From the IMG/VR virus record IMGVR_UViG_3300020577_008743, positions 33,491 through 97,490 of that record: DNA of 64,000 nucleotides. One strand, written 5' to 3'. The stretch comes from a virus (taxonomy: Duplodnaviria; Caudoviricetes). Positions 7,398 to 15,206 of this stretch are shown one piece after another (within the stretch, counting starts at the first letter, position 1; each line of letters opens with the position of its first letter). A program made the translations under genes and the position numbers. The notes beneath the pieces are model-generated. The model made no database searches and was not told the DNA's origin. It was given only the letters and a program-made list of their open reading frames with translations.

Positions 7398-7773
7398 AGT
7401 AACCTGGACAATAGAGGATCACATATGTAGTTCTTGCGGGGGTCGAATAGTAAGATCAGCCAAGGGAACTGGTCCCACCCCTGGAGGAAATCCCGTATAC
7501 AAGTGTTCTTTATGTGGTAAAGTTACAACAGAAATGGGAGGTCATTCCCTGTGTTGGTGCGGATATTCACAGAAATCCAATAACAACTCCCTTCCATATA
7601 AATGCGTTCCGTATTCGATATTAGAGAAATACCCTGACGGCTTAAGTTACTTTAAGTTTTGTGGATGTGATCCTAGGCGGGGAGGGGAAGTGGGAGTAAT
7701 GTTAGAGGAGGATTGGAATGAACTTAGAAAAAAAGACATTGCCGTACAAGTCATACCACCAACAGCTGATTGA
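7390..7773 (+). CDS. Cys-rich putative zinc-binding protein
   Basis: CxxCGG, CxxCG, CWCG motifs. Confidence 0.7.
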   Translation: MAKVTWTIEDHICSSCGGRIVRSAKGTGPTPGGNPVYKCSLCGKVTTEMGGHSLCWCGYSQKSNNNSLPYKCVPYSILEKYPDGLSYFKFCGCDPRRGGEVGVMLEEDWNELRKKDIAVQVIPPTAD

Positions 7774-8119
7774 GGCTAACACCAAAACAGAGGCTCTTCG
7801 AGAACTAATCTCAACATTGGGTGAATTGTTGGTAAAAGAACAGGAAGCCCGTATTTTATACGAAGATGCTGTATGGAAAATGGTCAACGATGGTTGGTTA
7901 GTCCACGGTCCGGAAGGCATGAGTGAAGCTCAACAAGCTGTCTATGATGTTTGTAAAAATCATCCGGAGCTAAAAACTCGAATAAAACAAAAGCAAGAAG
8001 AACAGAGAAATTACGAAGAAGCTACGAACAGAAATGTTCGGCTAGAATCCACTCCGGGAACATACGTACCAAATCCCAAACCCCTACCAGCCTGGCGTCG
8101 TTTGTTTCGCTGGCTGTAA
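7718..8119 (+). CDS. hypothetical coiled-coil protein
   Basis: ORF with GAGGAGG RBS. Confidence 0.65.
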   Translation: MNLEKKTLPYKSYHQQLIEANTKTEALRELISTLGELLVKEQEARILYEDAVWKMVNDGWLVHGPEGMSEAQQAVYDVCKNHPELKTRIKQKQEEQRNYEEATNRNVRLESTPGTYVPNPKPLPAWRRLFRWL

Positions 8120-8125
8120 CCAAAT

Positions 8126-8253
8126 TTGAGCCGTTAGAATTTGATTATCCAATCGCAGGACGTGGTCAAAGGTTCGAATCCTTTCTCCCCCGCCATCAAT
8201 GGGGGAGTAGCTCAGAGGTAGAGCACGTAAACTCGAATTCTGTTTTTGCTCAA
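8126..8253 (+). ncRNA. Y RNA, YrlA-type with permuted tRNA domain and encoded GCCA
   Basis: TTGAGC-CG...TTT-GCTCAA stem, TTATC, T arm AAAGG-TTCGAAT-CCTTT, acceptor CTCCCCC-GCCA.../GGGGGAG, D arm GCTC-AGAGGTA-GAGC. Confidence 0.88.
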
Positions 8254-8260
8254 TTCCAAT

Positions 8261-8391
8261 TTGGACCGAAGTTATTCAGTTATCGCTCCCAATGCGCCAG
8301 ATCGGTTAAGTCCAGCACCCGTTGATTCATGGGTCGTAGTGTATAGAAGCACGGCGCATATTTTCAATTGATTAACGTTCACTTTGTCCAA
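8261..8391 (+). ncRNA. Y RNA with degenerate tRNA-like domain, immediately 5' of Ro60
   Basis: TTGGAC-CG...TTT-GTCCAA stem, AGTTATC, TGCGCC/GGCGCA helix, GG-TTAAGT-CC T-like loop. Confidence 0.8.
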
Positions 8392-8431
8392 CTCTGTTTT
8401 TACCCGTAGTAAACCAACCTGGAGAACCGAA

Positions 8432-10108
8432 ATGTCTGCAAAGAATCTTGTGAATCACCTCGTTCCGGGCCGCTATGCTTCCATTCCTGCGAAGCGTACT
8501 CCCGCCGCCCCGAAGGTGACCAAATCCACCAACCCGAACGCTGGCCTGCCGCCAGTGTCCACTTCTGCGTATCAGAAAACCGCCGCCGGCCAAGTTCAAA
8601 ACTCGTCCGGAGCCTATGTTGGCAAATTGGATGTGTGGGCTCATCTGAATCGGTTTCTCATTCTCGGCACTTCCGGCTCGTCCTACTACGCCTCAGAGCG
8701 CAAGATGACCGTTGACATGGCCAAGGCCGTGGAAGCTGCAGTGAAATACAACGGCATTTCCACCGTCGATCTGATCGTGGAAATCAGCCAAGCCGGTGCC
8801 GCTCCAAAGAATGATCCGGCCTTGCTGGCTCTGGCCATCTGCGTCGCCAAGGGGGATGATTCCACCAAGGCCTACGCAATGAACCAGCTGCCGAAGGTAG
8901 CCAGAATTTCGACTCACCTGTTCGATTTTCTGACCTACGTTCAGGCCATGAGAGGCTGGGGAAGAACCCTGAAAGAAGGTGTTGCCAACTGGTATACTTC
9001 CAAGGATCTGAACCCCTTAGCCATGCAGATGACGAAGTATCGTCAAAGAAATGGCTGGACTCACCGCGACGTTCTGAGACTGGCTCACCCGAAGCCCACC
9101 TCCGAGTCCATGAACAATCTGTTCAAGTGGGCCATCAAAGGTCCAGAAGCACTGGAAAGAGGTGCGGAAATCCCTGAACAAGTCATCGGCTTCGAGAAGG
9201 CAAAGACCGCAGGTTCCGGTACTCTGGTCAAACTGATTCAGGATTACCGCCTGACCTGGGAGATGATTCCGACTGAGATGCTGAATGATGCCAACGTGTT
9301 TCACGCTCTAGTCATGAGCATGAATCTCGAGGCCATGATTCGCAATCTGCCGCGCATCACCAATCTCAACTTGTTGCTTACTCGGGAAGTCAGGGACCGT
9401 ATTCTGAGTCTTCTGAGAAACGCAGAGGAGATCAAGGCCAAGCGGTACCATCCCCTCAAGGCTCTGGTGGCTAGAAAGACCTACGCCAGTGGCCGAGGTC
9501 TGAAGGGTAGCATGACCTGGGTACCCAACGCCGAGGTTGCCAGGGCCCTGGAAGACACGTTCTATCTGGGGTTCGATGCAGTGGAACCCACAGGCAAAAG
9601 ACTTCTGTTGGGTATCGACGTCTCCGGCTCCATGACCATGGGCCAAGTAGGGGGCATGCCCCTTGCTCCGTACGAAGCTGTTGCCGCAATGGCAATGGTT
9701 ACGGCACGTTGCGAACCTCTGGCAGAAATCCTCGGCTTTTCGTACAACCTGCAAGACCTTGGTATCAAGAACACCGATACTCTGGCCCAGGTTCTGAAGA
9801 AAGTGCAATTGGCTCGATTTGGAAGTACGAATCCCGGAGCACTAATTCAGTACGCAGCCAAGAAAGGCAATGTGGAAGGCCTGGTCGTCTACACCGACAA
9901 CGAAGTGAACCAAGGTTCCAGCGTTGCGGCAGAGATGAAGAAATATCGCACCAAGGCTTCTGTGGCCAGAGCAACGATGACTGTAGTCGGAATGACGGTC
10001 AACAATTTCACCCTAGCCGACCCCAAAGATCCAGACATGCTCGACATTGTTGGATTCGATACCGCTGCTCCAGCAGTGATGTCCGAGTTCATCAAGGGCA
10101 CTTTCTGA
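8432..10108 (+). CDS. rsr: Ro60/Rsr RNA-binding protein (TROVE plus vWA)
   Basis: LNRFLILGT..SSYY, KYRQRNGWTHRDVLRLAHPK TROVE signature, DVSGSM MIDAS, YTDNE, DIVGFD; ATG 8432 with GGAG RBS. Confidence 0.96.
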   Translation: MSAKNLVNHLVPGRYASIPAKRTPAAPKVTKSTNPNAGLPPVSTSAYQKTAAGQVQNSSGAYVGKLDVWAHLNRFLILGTSGSSYYASERKMTVDMAKAVEAAVKYNGISTVDLIVEISQAGAAPKNDPALLALAICVAKGDDSTKAYAMNQLPKVARISTHLFDFLTYVQAMRGWGRTLKEGVANWYTSKDLNPLAMQMTKYRQRNGWTHRDVLRLAHPKPTSESMNNLFKWAIKGPEALERGAEIPEQVIGFEKAKTAGSGTLVKLIQDYRLTWEMIPTEMLNDANVFHALVMSMNLEAMIRNLPRITNLNLLLTREVRDRILSLLRNAEEIKAKRYHPLKALVARKTYASGRGLKGSMTWVPNAEVARALEDTFYLGFDAVEPTGKRLLLGIDVSGSMTMGQVGGMPLAPYEAVAAMAMVTARCEPLAEILGFSYNLQDLGIKNTDTLAQVLKKVQLARFGSTNPGALIQYAAKKGNVEGLVVYTDNEVNQGSSVAAEMKKYRTKASVARATMTVVGMTVNNFTLADPKDPDMLDIVGFDTAAPAVMSEFIKGTF

Positions 10109-10155
10109 TTTACAGTTTCACGTACTAGCCCAAAAACCGACTGGGTTGGTATTTT

Positions 10156-10182
10156 AGGGTGCAGAACATCGTACCCTTTTTT
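10156..10182 (+). terminator. intrinsic terminator after rsr
   Basis: AGGGTGC/GTACCCT hairpin plus T-run. Confidence 0.7.
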
Positions 10183-10235
10183 AGCCTTTACTTGGTATAA
10201 GGGAAATAACGAGACGAATTATTTAAGGAGCAGTT

Positions 10236-10397
10236 ATGGACGTGACGGGAAAGGATTCAAAATACTTACGTGGTGTTAAAGACACCCTATCGTGGGCACT
10301 TACCGGGAGCGGAACTAAGTTGCATCGCAGCGTCAGGGAAATTTCCGAGCTTATGCATAAGGCCGACGATGCAGAGAAGGCTGCCCTCACACGATAG
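10236..10397 (+). CDS. short hypothetical protein, paralog of the N-terminus of 10574-11122
   Basis: MDVTGKDSKYLRGVKDTLSWAL vs MDVIGKSEEFKRGAIEALTWAL; AAGGAG RBS; stop falls inside the repeat. Confidence 0.6.
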   Translation: MDVTGKDSKYLRGVKDTLSWALTGSGTKLHRSVREISELMHKADDAEKAALTR

Positions 10398-10571
10398 TTT
10401 GTTGGACCTCGTAGCAGTAGCTCTGGCCGTCAATTTTCTGGTTACCCTCTGGACTTGAAAGGATTCTTACCTTGCTCAACATCATTCGCAGCCTCATCAC
10501 GGAACGGCTCAACGCCTACAAGAAGGAACGGGACGAGCTGATCAAAATCTCGAAACTTCCGTTGATCGTTC
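10392..10571. repeat. 180-bp direct repeat, copy 1
   Basis: Identical by eye to 11229-11408. Confidence 0.95.
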
Positions 10572-10573
10572 AT

Positions 10574-11122
10574 ATGATGGACGTGATAGGGAAGTCAGAA
10601 GAGTTCAAACGAGGAGCAATAGAAGCTCTGACGTGGGCCCTGGAGCAGGGGCTGATTCCAAACGCCAAGACCTTCACTGCTTTGGCCATCGAGGGTCTGA
10701 AGAAAGAACTGGGGTCTGCTCAAGAACCTGAGCTCGAAACTTGGTGGGAACAAAGGGGGCTTGTCTCATACGGAGTGGGCAGAACCACATGGTCAGAATG
10801 GAGCAGAATACCCGTCGAAGAGGTGGAACGATACAAACAATGGGCCGCAAAAACCCCTAACCGAGTGCAGATTCGAATGGTTCGACAAGTTTCTCGTACC
10901 TGTTTAGAGGTTATCTTTCCCACTGAACCAACCCCGCTGAATAGCAATGAAAAGGAACTCGAAACCCTTCTTCGTGAAGCCTGGTCCGTCATTCGCTGGC
11001 ATTGTTTCGGCCAGTGCAGAACCGAGGGGGTGGAGGGTATGATTACTCCGGCAGAAATCGACGCCAAGATCCACGTCAAGTTGACCGGCAGAATGTCGGA
11101 TCAGGAAAGGGCAGGGCAATGA
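10574..11122 (+). CDS. hypothetical protein (in frame with the duplicated start at 10472)
   Basis: ORF; the first 33 codons from 10472 are the repeat copy of gene 11309. Confidence 0.65.
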   Translation: MMDVIGKSEEFKRGAIEALTWALEQGLIPNAKTFTALAIEGLKKELGSAQEPELETWWEQRGLVSYGVGRTTWSEWSRIPVEEVERYKQWAAKTPNRVQIRMVRQVSRTCLEVIFPTEPTPLNSNEKELETLLREAWSVIRWHCFGQCRTEGVEGMITPAEIDAKIHVKLTGRMSDQERAGQ

Positions 11123-11295
11123 CTGTCTTGATGAAAGCTACAATTACTCTGGCCGTTGTCTGGGGGATCTTGCTTTGCTGGAGCCATGATGAGCGATTGC
11201 GGGGCTGTCCTTGGTGTCGAGGAGTGGTCGATAGTTTGTTGGACCTCGTAGCAGTAGCTCTGGCCGTCAATTTTCTGGTTACCCTCTGGACTTGA
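11119..11295 (+). CDS. small membrane protein
   Basis: Two hydrophobic segments; ATGA overlap. Confidence 0.55.
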   Translation: MTVLMKATITLAVVWGILLCWSHDERLRGCPWCRGVVDSLLDLVAVALAVNFLVTLWT

Positions 11296-11408
11296 AAGGA
11301 TTCTTACCTTGCTCAACATCATTCGCAGCCTCATCACGGAACGGCTCAACGCCTACAAGAAGGAACGGGACGAGCTGATCAAAATCTCGAAACTTCCGTT
11401 GATCGTTC
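11229..11408. repeat. 180-bp direct repeat, copy 2
   Basis: Identical by eye to 10392-10571. Confidence 0.95.
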
Positions 11409-11809
11409 CGGCGGGTCAAACCCCCAACTACAGCCCAGAAATTCGTCGGTTGATTGCATATGTGGATGCCTATACGGACATCCTCAACCGCATCGACACC
11501 AAGGTAGTTGACATTGCCGACGTTAGCCCGACAATGACGGAGGGGGAGAAACAGTTGGCAATGCTCAATTCCTTTCTGGGTGAAATCAGCCCGGAGAACT
11601 GGGTGACCGAAATCCTGGACCGTTCCAACCCGGAGACTGTCGAACGTCTGACCAAGGCCGTGGATTCGTTGACGTTCTGCCCGGCCAACTTTCCGGCCAT
11701 GCTGTACCTGTGGTACATGAATAAGTTTCATCCGGCCACACCCAAGTTCGACGTTCCGATGGAACCCATCGACCCACCACAACCTCCCCCTGCTCCCGAC
11801 GCAGCCTGA
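11309..11809 (+). CDS. hypothetical protein with Pro-rich tail
   Basis: ORF with GAAAGGA RBS. Confidence 0.7.
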   Translation: MLNIIRSLITERLNAYKKERDELIKISKLPLIVPAGQTPNYSPEIRRLIAYVDAYTDILNRIDTKVVDIADVSPTMTEGEKQLAMLNSFLGEISPENWVTEILDRSNPETVERLTKAVDSLTFCPANFPAMLYLWYMNKFHPATPKFDVPMEPIDPPQPPPAPDAA

Positions 11810-11819
11810 AAGGACCGCA

Positions 11820-12428
11820 ATGAGTCAGCCACCAGTTTACCGCAACACTCTCCCCGATCATCTGTTTCAGATGTACCCGCTGTTGAAACGTACCCTCACG
11901 CTGATTCAGCTGGGACACGCCGGTCAGTTGTACAACGGGCATCCTTACTGGCATCATCCGGTGCGGGTTGCCATGAGGCTGGAATCACTGTGGGTACAGA
12001 ACGAGGGGTCTTTGCTGTATTCCGCTCTTCTTCACGACTTGATCGAAGATACTTCCCTGGAAGTCGATGATTTGAAGGAGTTCGGATATTCCGACACCGT
12101 GGTAAAAACGGTCAAAGCCCTGACTCATGATGCATTCGATACCCGGACGTACATGGAGTATGTCCAGGACATCACCATTCATCCGGAGTCTTTCGTTCGC
12201 CACGGAGCCAGCCTTGTCAAGTTGGCAGACCTGACGGAGAACGTGAACGGAGCCAGGTTTCTGCCCATGGAGAAAAGGGGAAGAATGGAACGTTACGGAA
12301 AGGCAATATCGGTCATTCAAGACTCTCTCATTCTTCACAGCCCCTGGGTAGCCCACTCCGTCCACGTCGGTGAGTTGGACGCAGCCAAGCTTGAGATGTG
12401 GTTCGGCCATCCCCCAGCGTTTCTGTAA
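11820..12428 (+). CDS. HD-domain hydrolase, RelA/SpoT hydrolase (SAH/Mesh1)-like
   Basis: HAGQ...PYWHHP, ALLHDLIEDT, VKALTH, VKLADLTEN motifs. Confidence 0.85.
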   Translation: MSQPPVYRNTLPDHLFQMYPLLKRTLTLIQLGHAGQLYNGHPYWHHPVRVAMRLESLWVQNEGSLLYSALLHDLIEDTSLEVDDLKEFGYSDTVVKTVKALTHDAFDTRTYMEYVQDITIHPESFVRHGASLVKLADLTENVNGARFLPMEKRGRMERYGKAISVIQDSLILHSPWVAHSVHVGELDAAKLEMWFGHPPAFL

Positions 12429-12469
12429 CCGGCTCAAACCTGGTATAAGGAGTTGGAAGTAAAACAAGT

Positions 12470-12546
12470 CTGCCCGTAGCTCAGTTGGATAGAGCACCGA
12501 GCTTCTACCTCGGGTGTCGGGGGTTCGAATCCCTCCGGGCAGGCCA
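12470..12546 (+). tRNA. tRNA-Arg(TCT)
   Basis: Cloverleaf CTGCCCG/CGGGCAG, CT-TCT-AC loop, encoded CCA; promoter motif at 12441. Confidence 0.95.
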
Positions 12547-12603
12547 CTCTCATTTCGCAGTTTTCAACGAGGAAATTCACCTCGTTTTTTCGGAGTCGAA
12601 GCA

Positions 12604-13287
12604 ATGTACACAGTAAGTCCGAATCTCAAACCTCTCACGCTCATTCCGGAAGTCTTTGAATACGTAGCAGGGAAAATTGAAAGGGACTACCGAGATTATG
12701 GTTATGTTTTCGGTCTCTGTTCCATCTTCAACAATCTAATCCATAATCCCTTATTTATAAATCCCCTCCCGTATTCAGATGTCGTATACAGAAAAAAAGC
12801 GGCGGAGTTTCACATGGCTCTATTGTCGGTTTTGATGAGCAAGAAATCCGGCAAAAACTACTGGTGGCCCTCCAACATCCTGTGGTTGCATAACGAACAG
12901 GTTTTAGCTTTATCCCCCCGAATCATCGCCTGTCAACTGGCTGCTGAAGTAGTCAGAGACATACCGAAAACTCCGACAGAGGCTTGGAGGAAAAAGTACT
13001 ACAGAACGGCGGTGTTTTTGAACTGCAAAGCCACGGAAGGCCTATGCTGTCAGATGGCAAGCGAATCTCGAGAGTTGGTGACTAAATTTGGCCATTCGCA
13101 CTGGTACGCATGGGACTTAGAGGACGCCAGTAGAGCTTTATTGAAAGGACCGGGGAATAAAATCCGGACGACTTCAAAGAAAAGTGGCTACTGGTGGTAC
13201 AATCCCCAAGAACGAAAACTGGCCCTGTCCGAACTGATTCACCGGGCCTTCATCGAAGACATTCGAAACCCCCTGCATATTTACTAA
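12604..13287 (+). CDS. hypothetical protein
   Basis: ATG 12604 with GGAG RBS; internally repeated GLC...YWW module. Confidence 0.7.
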   Translation: MYTVSPNLKPLTLIPEVFEYVAGKIERDYRDYGYVFGLCSIFNNLIHNPLFINPLPYSDVVYRKKAAEFHMALLSVLMSKKSGKNYWWPSNILWLHNEQVLALSPRIIACQLAAEVVRDIPKTPTEAWRKKYYRTAVFLNCKATEGLCCQMASESRELVTKFGHSHWYAWDLEDASRALLKGPGNKIRTTSKKSGYWWYNPQERKLALSELIHRAFIEDIRNPLHIY

Positions 13288-13291
13288 CCGC

Positions 13292-13624
13292 ATGCTACAA
13301 CTAAAATGGATGGGAACCCTGCTCTGTGCAGCAGGGATTCTCCTAACCTCCTTCAACGTCTTTCCCCTCAACATCATTTTAGGGGGAATAGGCTCTTTTC
13401 TATGGGTGATAGCCGCAGCAAAAGTGAAAGACAAGCCCCTGTTGACAATCGAGGCCTATGCGTGTATCGTATACGTGATGGGCCTTGTGACATGGTTTTT
13501 CTCTCCACCACCGCCTCAAGCCGTAGAGAAAGTCTGTTCTCCACCTCCAATCACACAAAAAGGGCTCAAAAGGGATTGGGACGAAACCGATAGAATAGTA
13601 ATAAGACCGTTGGATCCCCTATAA
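13292..13624 (+). CDS. small membrane protein (PnuC-like repeat)
   Basis: LKWMGT...FPLNI...G..LW..A...KDKPL hydrophobic pattern. Confidence 0.65.
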   Translation: MLQLKWMGTLLCAAGILLTSFNVFPLNIILGGIGSFLWVIAAAKVKDKPLLTIEAYACIVYVMGLVTWFFSPPPPQAVEKVCSPPPITQKGLKRDWDETDRIVIRPLDPL

Positions 13625-13626
13625 CT

Positions 13627-13716
13627 GGAAGAATGGCCGAGTGGTTAAGGCAACGGATTGCTAATCCGTCACTGACGTGAGTTGGTGCCAGGGTTCGATT
13701 CCCTGTTCTTCCGCCA
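13627..13716 (+). tRNA. tRNA-Ser(GCT)
   Basis: Cloverleaf with long variable arm, TT-GCT-AA loop, G73, CCA. Confidence 0.95.
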
Positions 13717-13727
13717 ATATTCAAGGA

Positions 13728-14168
13728 ATGAAAATGAAGTATAGTCATTTTTACACCGCAGTTTTTGCAGCAGGAATACTGGGGGGTTTAGCCACTTGGT
13801 GGGTCACTTTGCCGCCTTTGTTTCAGGCTAGCGTTTACTGGATAGTGTTTTCTGGGTTTACGGTGCTGGTTGACCTATACATTGCGTACCGTCAGGTCAG
13901 CCTACAATCCAGTCAGGACTTTGATGCAAAAAGGATCAGTTTCTCCTTACTGCATGACATGATATTGGTTCAGTCAGGAAAAGACCGGGCCTTTGCTTGT
14001 TTGGTCGCCGTACTACTCCTGTCCCTATCCCTGTTTTTGACTCCACCAGCAACTGAGTATTTATATGGAGCGGTCTGCTATTTCAGCTGGTTCATGTTTA
14101 CCCAGTCTATACTGGACTTGATATATTACTGGCGCAACTACAAACCCAGAGTGGACAAATTCATATGA
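13728..14168 (+). CDS. membrane protein
   Basis: Four hydrophobic segments; start after tRNA. Confidence 0.7.
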   Translation: MKMKYSHFYTAVFAAGILGGLATWWVTLPPLFQASVYWIVFSGFTVLVDLYIAYRQVSLQSSQDFDAKRISFSLLHDMILVQSGKDRAFACLVAVLLLSLSLFLTPPATEYLYGAVCYFSWFMFTQSILDLIYYWRNYKPRVDKFI

Positions 14169-14695
14169 ACATCTTCTTTCTAGCCGACGAACCAAGACGC
14201 TGTGCCATTAACCACTGCGATAAACACGTCGTCAAAATGATTCTGGAATACGCCCAACTTTTGAGCACAGCAGTGGAACTCACAACCGGTACCGGTTTAG
14301 GGTATAAGAAAACGCATGAGAATCATCCGTGCTCTGTCTGGGTTCGTGAAAGTGCTGCCAATTTTTGGTGGTTATTCAACATGGCAACGTACCTGACCCG
14401 GGAATACAACTTTCGTTACAACAAAGATCACAAATCTGCCGAAATTATTCAGAGGGCGGGGGCTTACACGCAGTTCTTTCCCGGCTATTCAGAGTACAAA
14501 ATCCAAGACTTTAGCACGGCTCCACAATGCATGCCGGAAAGGTATCGGTCCAATTCTCTGTTTTACTCCTACCAGGTGTATTACATCGCTGAAAAACTTC
14601 GGTTTGCAAAATGGAAAATGGATGGGCCCCCTCCCTGGACATTAGATTTGAAATGGATGCGTCCAGAAACAAAAGAACTATTAGGAATAGATTAA
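14165..14695 (+). CDS. pyrimidine-dimer DNA glycosylase-like protein
   Basis: MNIFFL...HCDKHVVKMILEYAQLLSTA...THENHPC family signature. Confidence 0.85.
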   Translation: MNIFFLADEPRRCAINHCDKHVVKMILEYAQLLSTAVELTTGTGLGYKKTHENHPCSVWVRESAANFWWLFNMATYLTREYNFRYNKDHKSAEIIQRAGAYTQFFPGYSEYKIQDFSTAPQCMPERYRSNSLFYSYQVYYIAEKLRFAKWKMDGPPPWTLDLKWMRPETKELLGID

Positions 14696-14696
14696 C

Positions 14697-15206
14697 ATGA
14701 ATGAAACAATCATAGGAGACAGTACAGGAGATTTTCACATCCTTAAGGGGGGGTATATGACCCCTGCAAGCTCCGGGGATTACTCTCGTCTGACAGGAAT
14801 GCAGCACCCCTGGAAAGACAGACATAGAGACATCTCTTGGCCCCTGCCCCCCGTTCAGTCCAAAGAACTTCCCCCGATGCAGCCTGAAACTCCGAAGGCT
14901 AAAAAAGAGGTCCCAGCTTCGGAATTTCTAGAGGAGGCTTCTAGAGTAATGAAGGCTAGAGCTGCTCAACGGGATGCCCAGAACGGCGAACGTAGCATGG
15001 CCAAAACCGTGGAAATGTTCAACGCCTATAAGGGAATAAGTCTGTCGGAATCCGACGGCTGGGTGTTCATGGTCCTACTCAAATTGGTGAGAGGATCTCA
15101 GGGCCAGTTTCACATGGACGATTACGTTGATGGGTCGGCGTACTTCAGCCTGCTGGGGGAAGCCGAATCAAAAGGGAGGGAACCCCGTGAAGATTCAAGT
15201 ACTTAG
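14697..15206 (+). CDS. phage protein with C-terminal DUF6378-like domain
   Basis: LEEA...R..QRD..GERSM...GWVFMVLLKLVR...DDYVD..AY..L.GE. Confidence 0.7.
   Translation: MNETIIGDSTGDFHILKGGYMTPASSGDYSRLTGMQHPWKDRHRDISWPLPPVQSKELPPMQPETPKAKKEVPASEFLEEASRVMKARAAQRDAQNGERSMAKTVEMFNAYKGISLSESDGWVFMVLLKLVRGSQGQFHMDDYVDGSAYFSLLGEAESKGREPREDSST

Noticed and set aside
4191-8240. Conventional tRNA genes at the GGTTCGA sites (4205, 5079, 5884, 8171)
   Set aside because: The T arm precedes the D arm and there is no closed anticodon loop; these are permuted tRNA-like domains
8384-8431. N-terminal extension of Ro60 from the TTG start
   Set aside because: Overlaps the Y RNA 3' strand; ATG 8432 has the RBS
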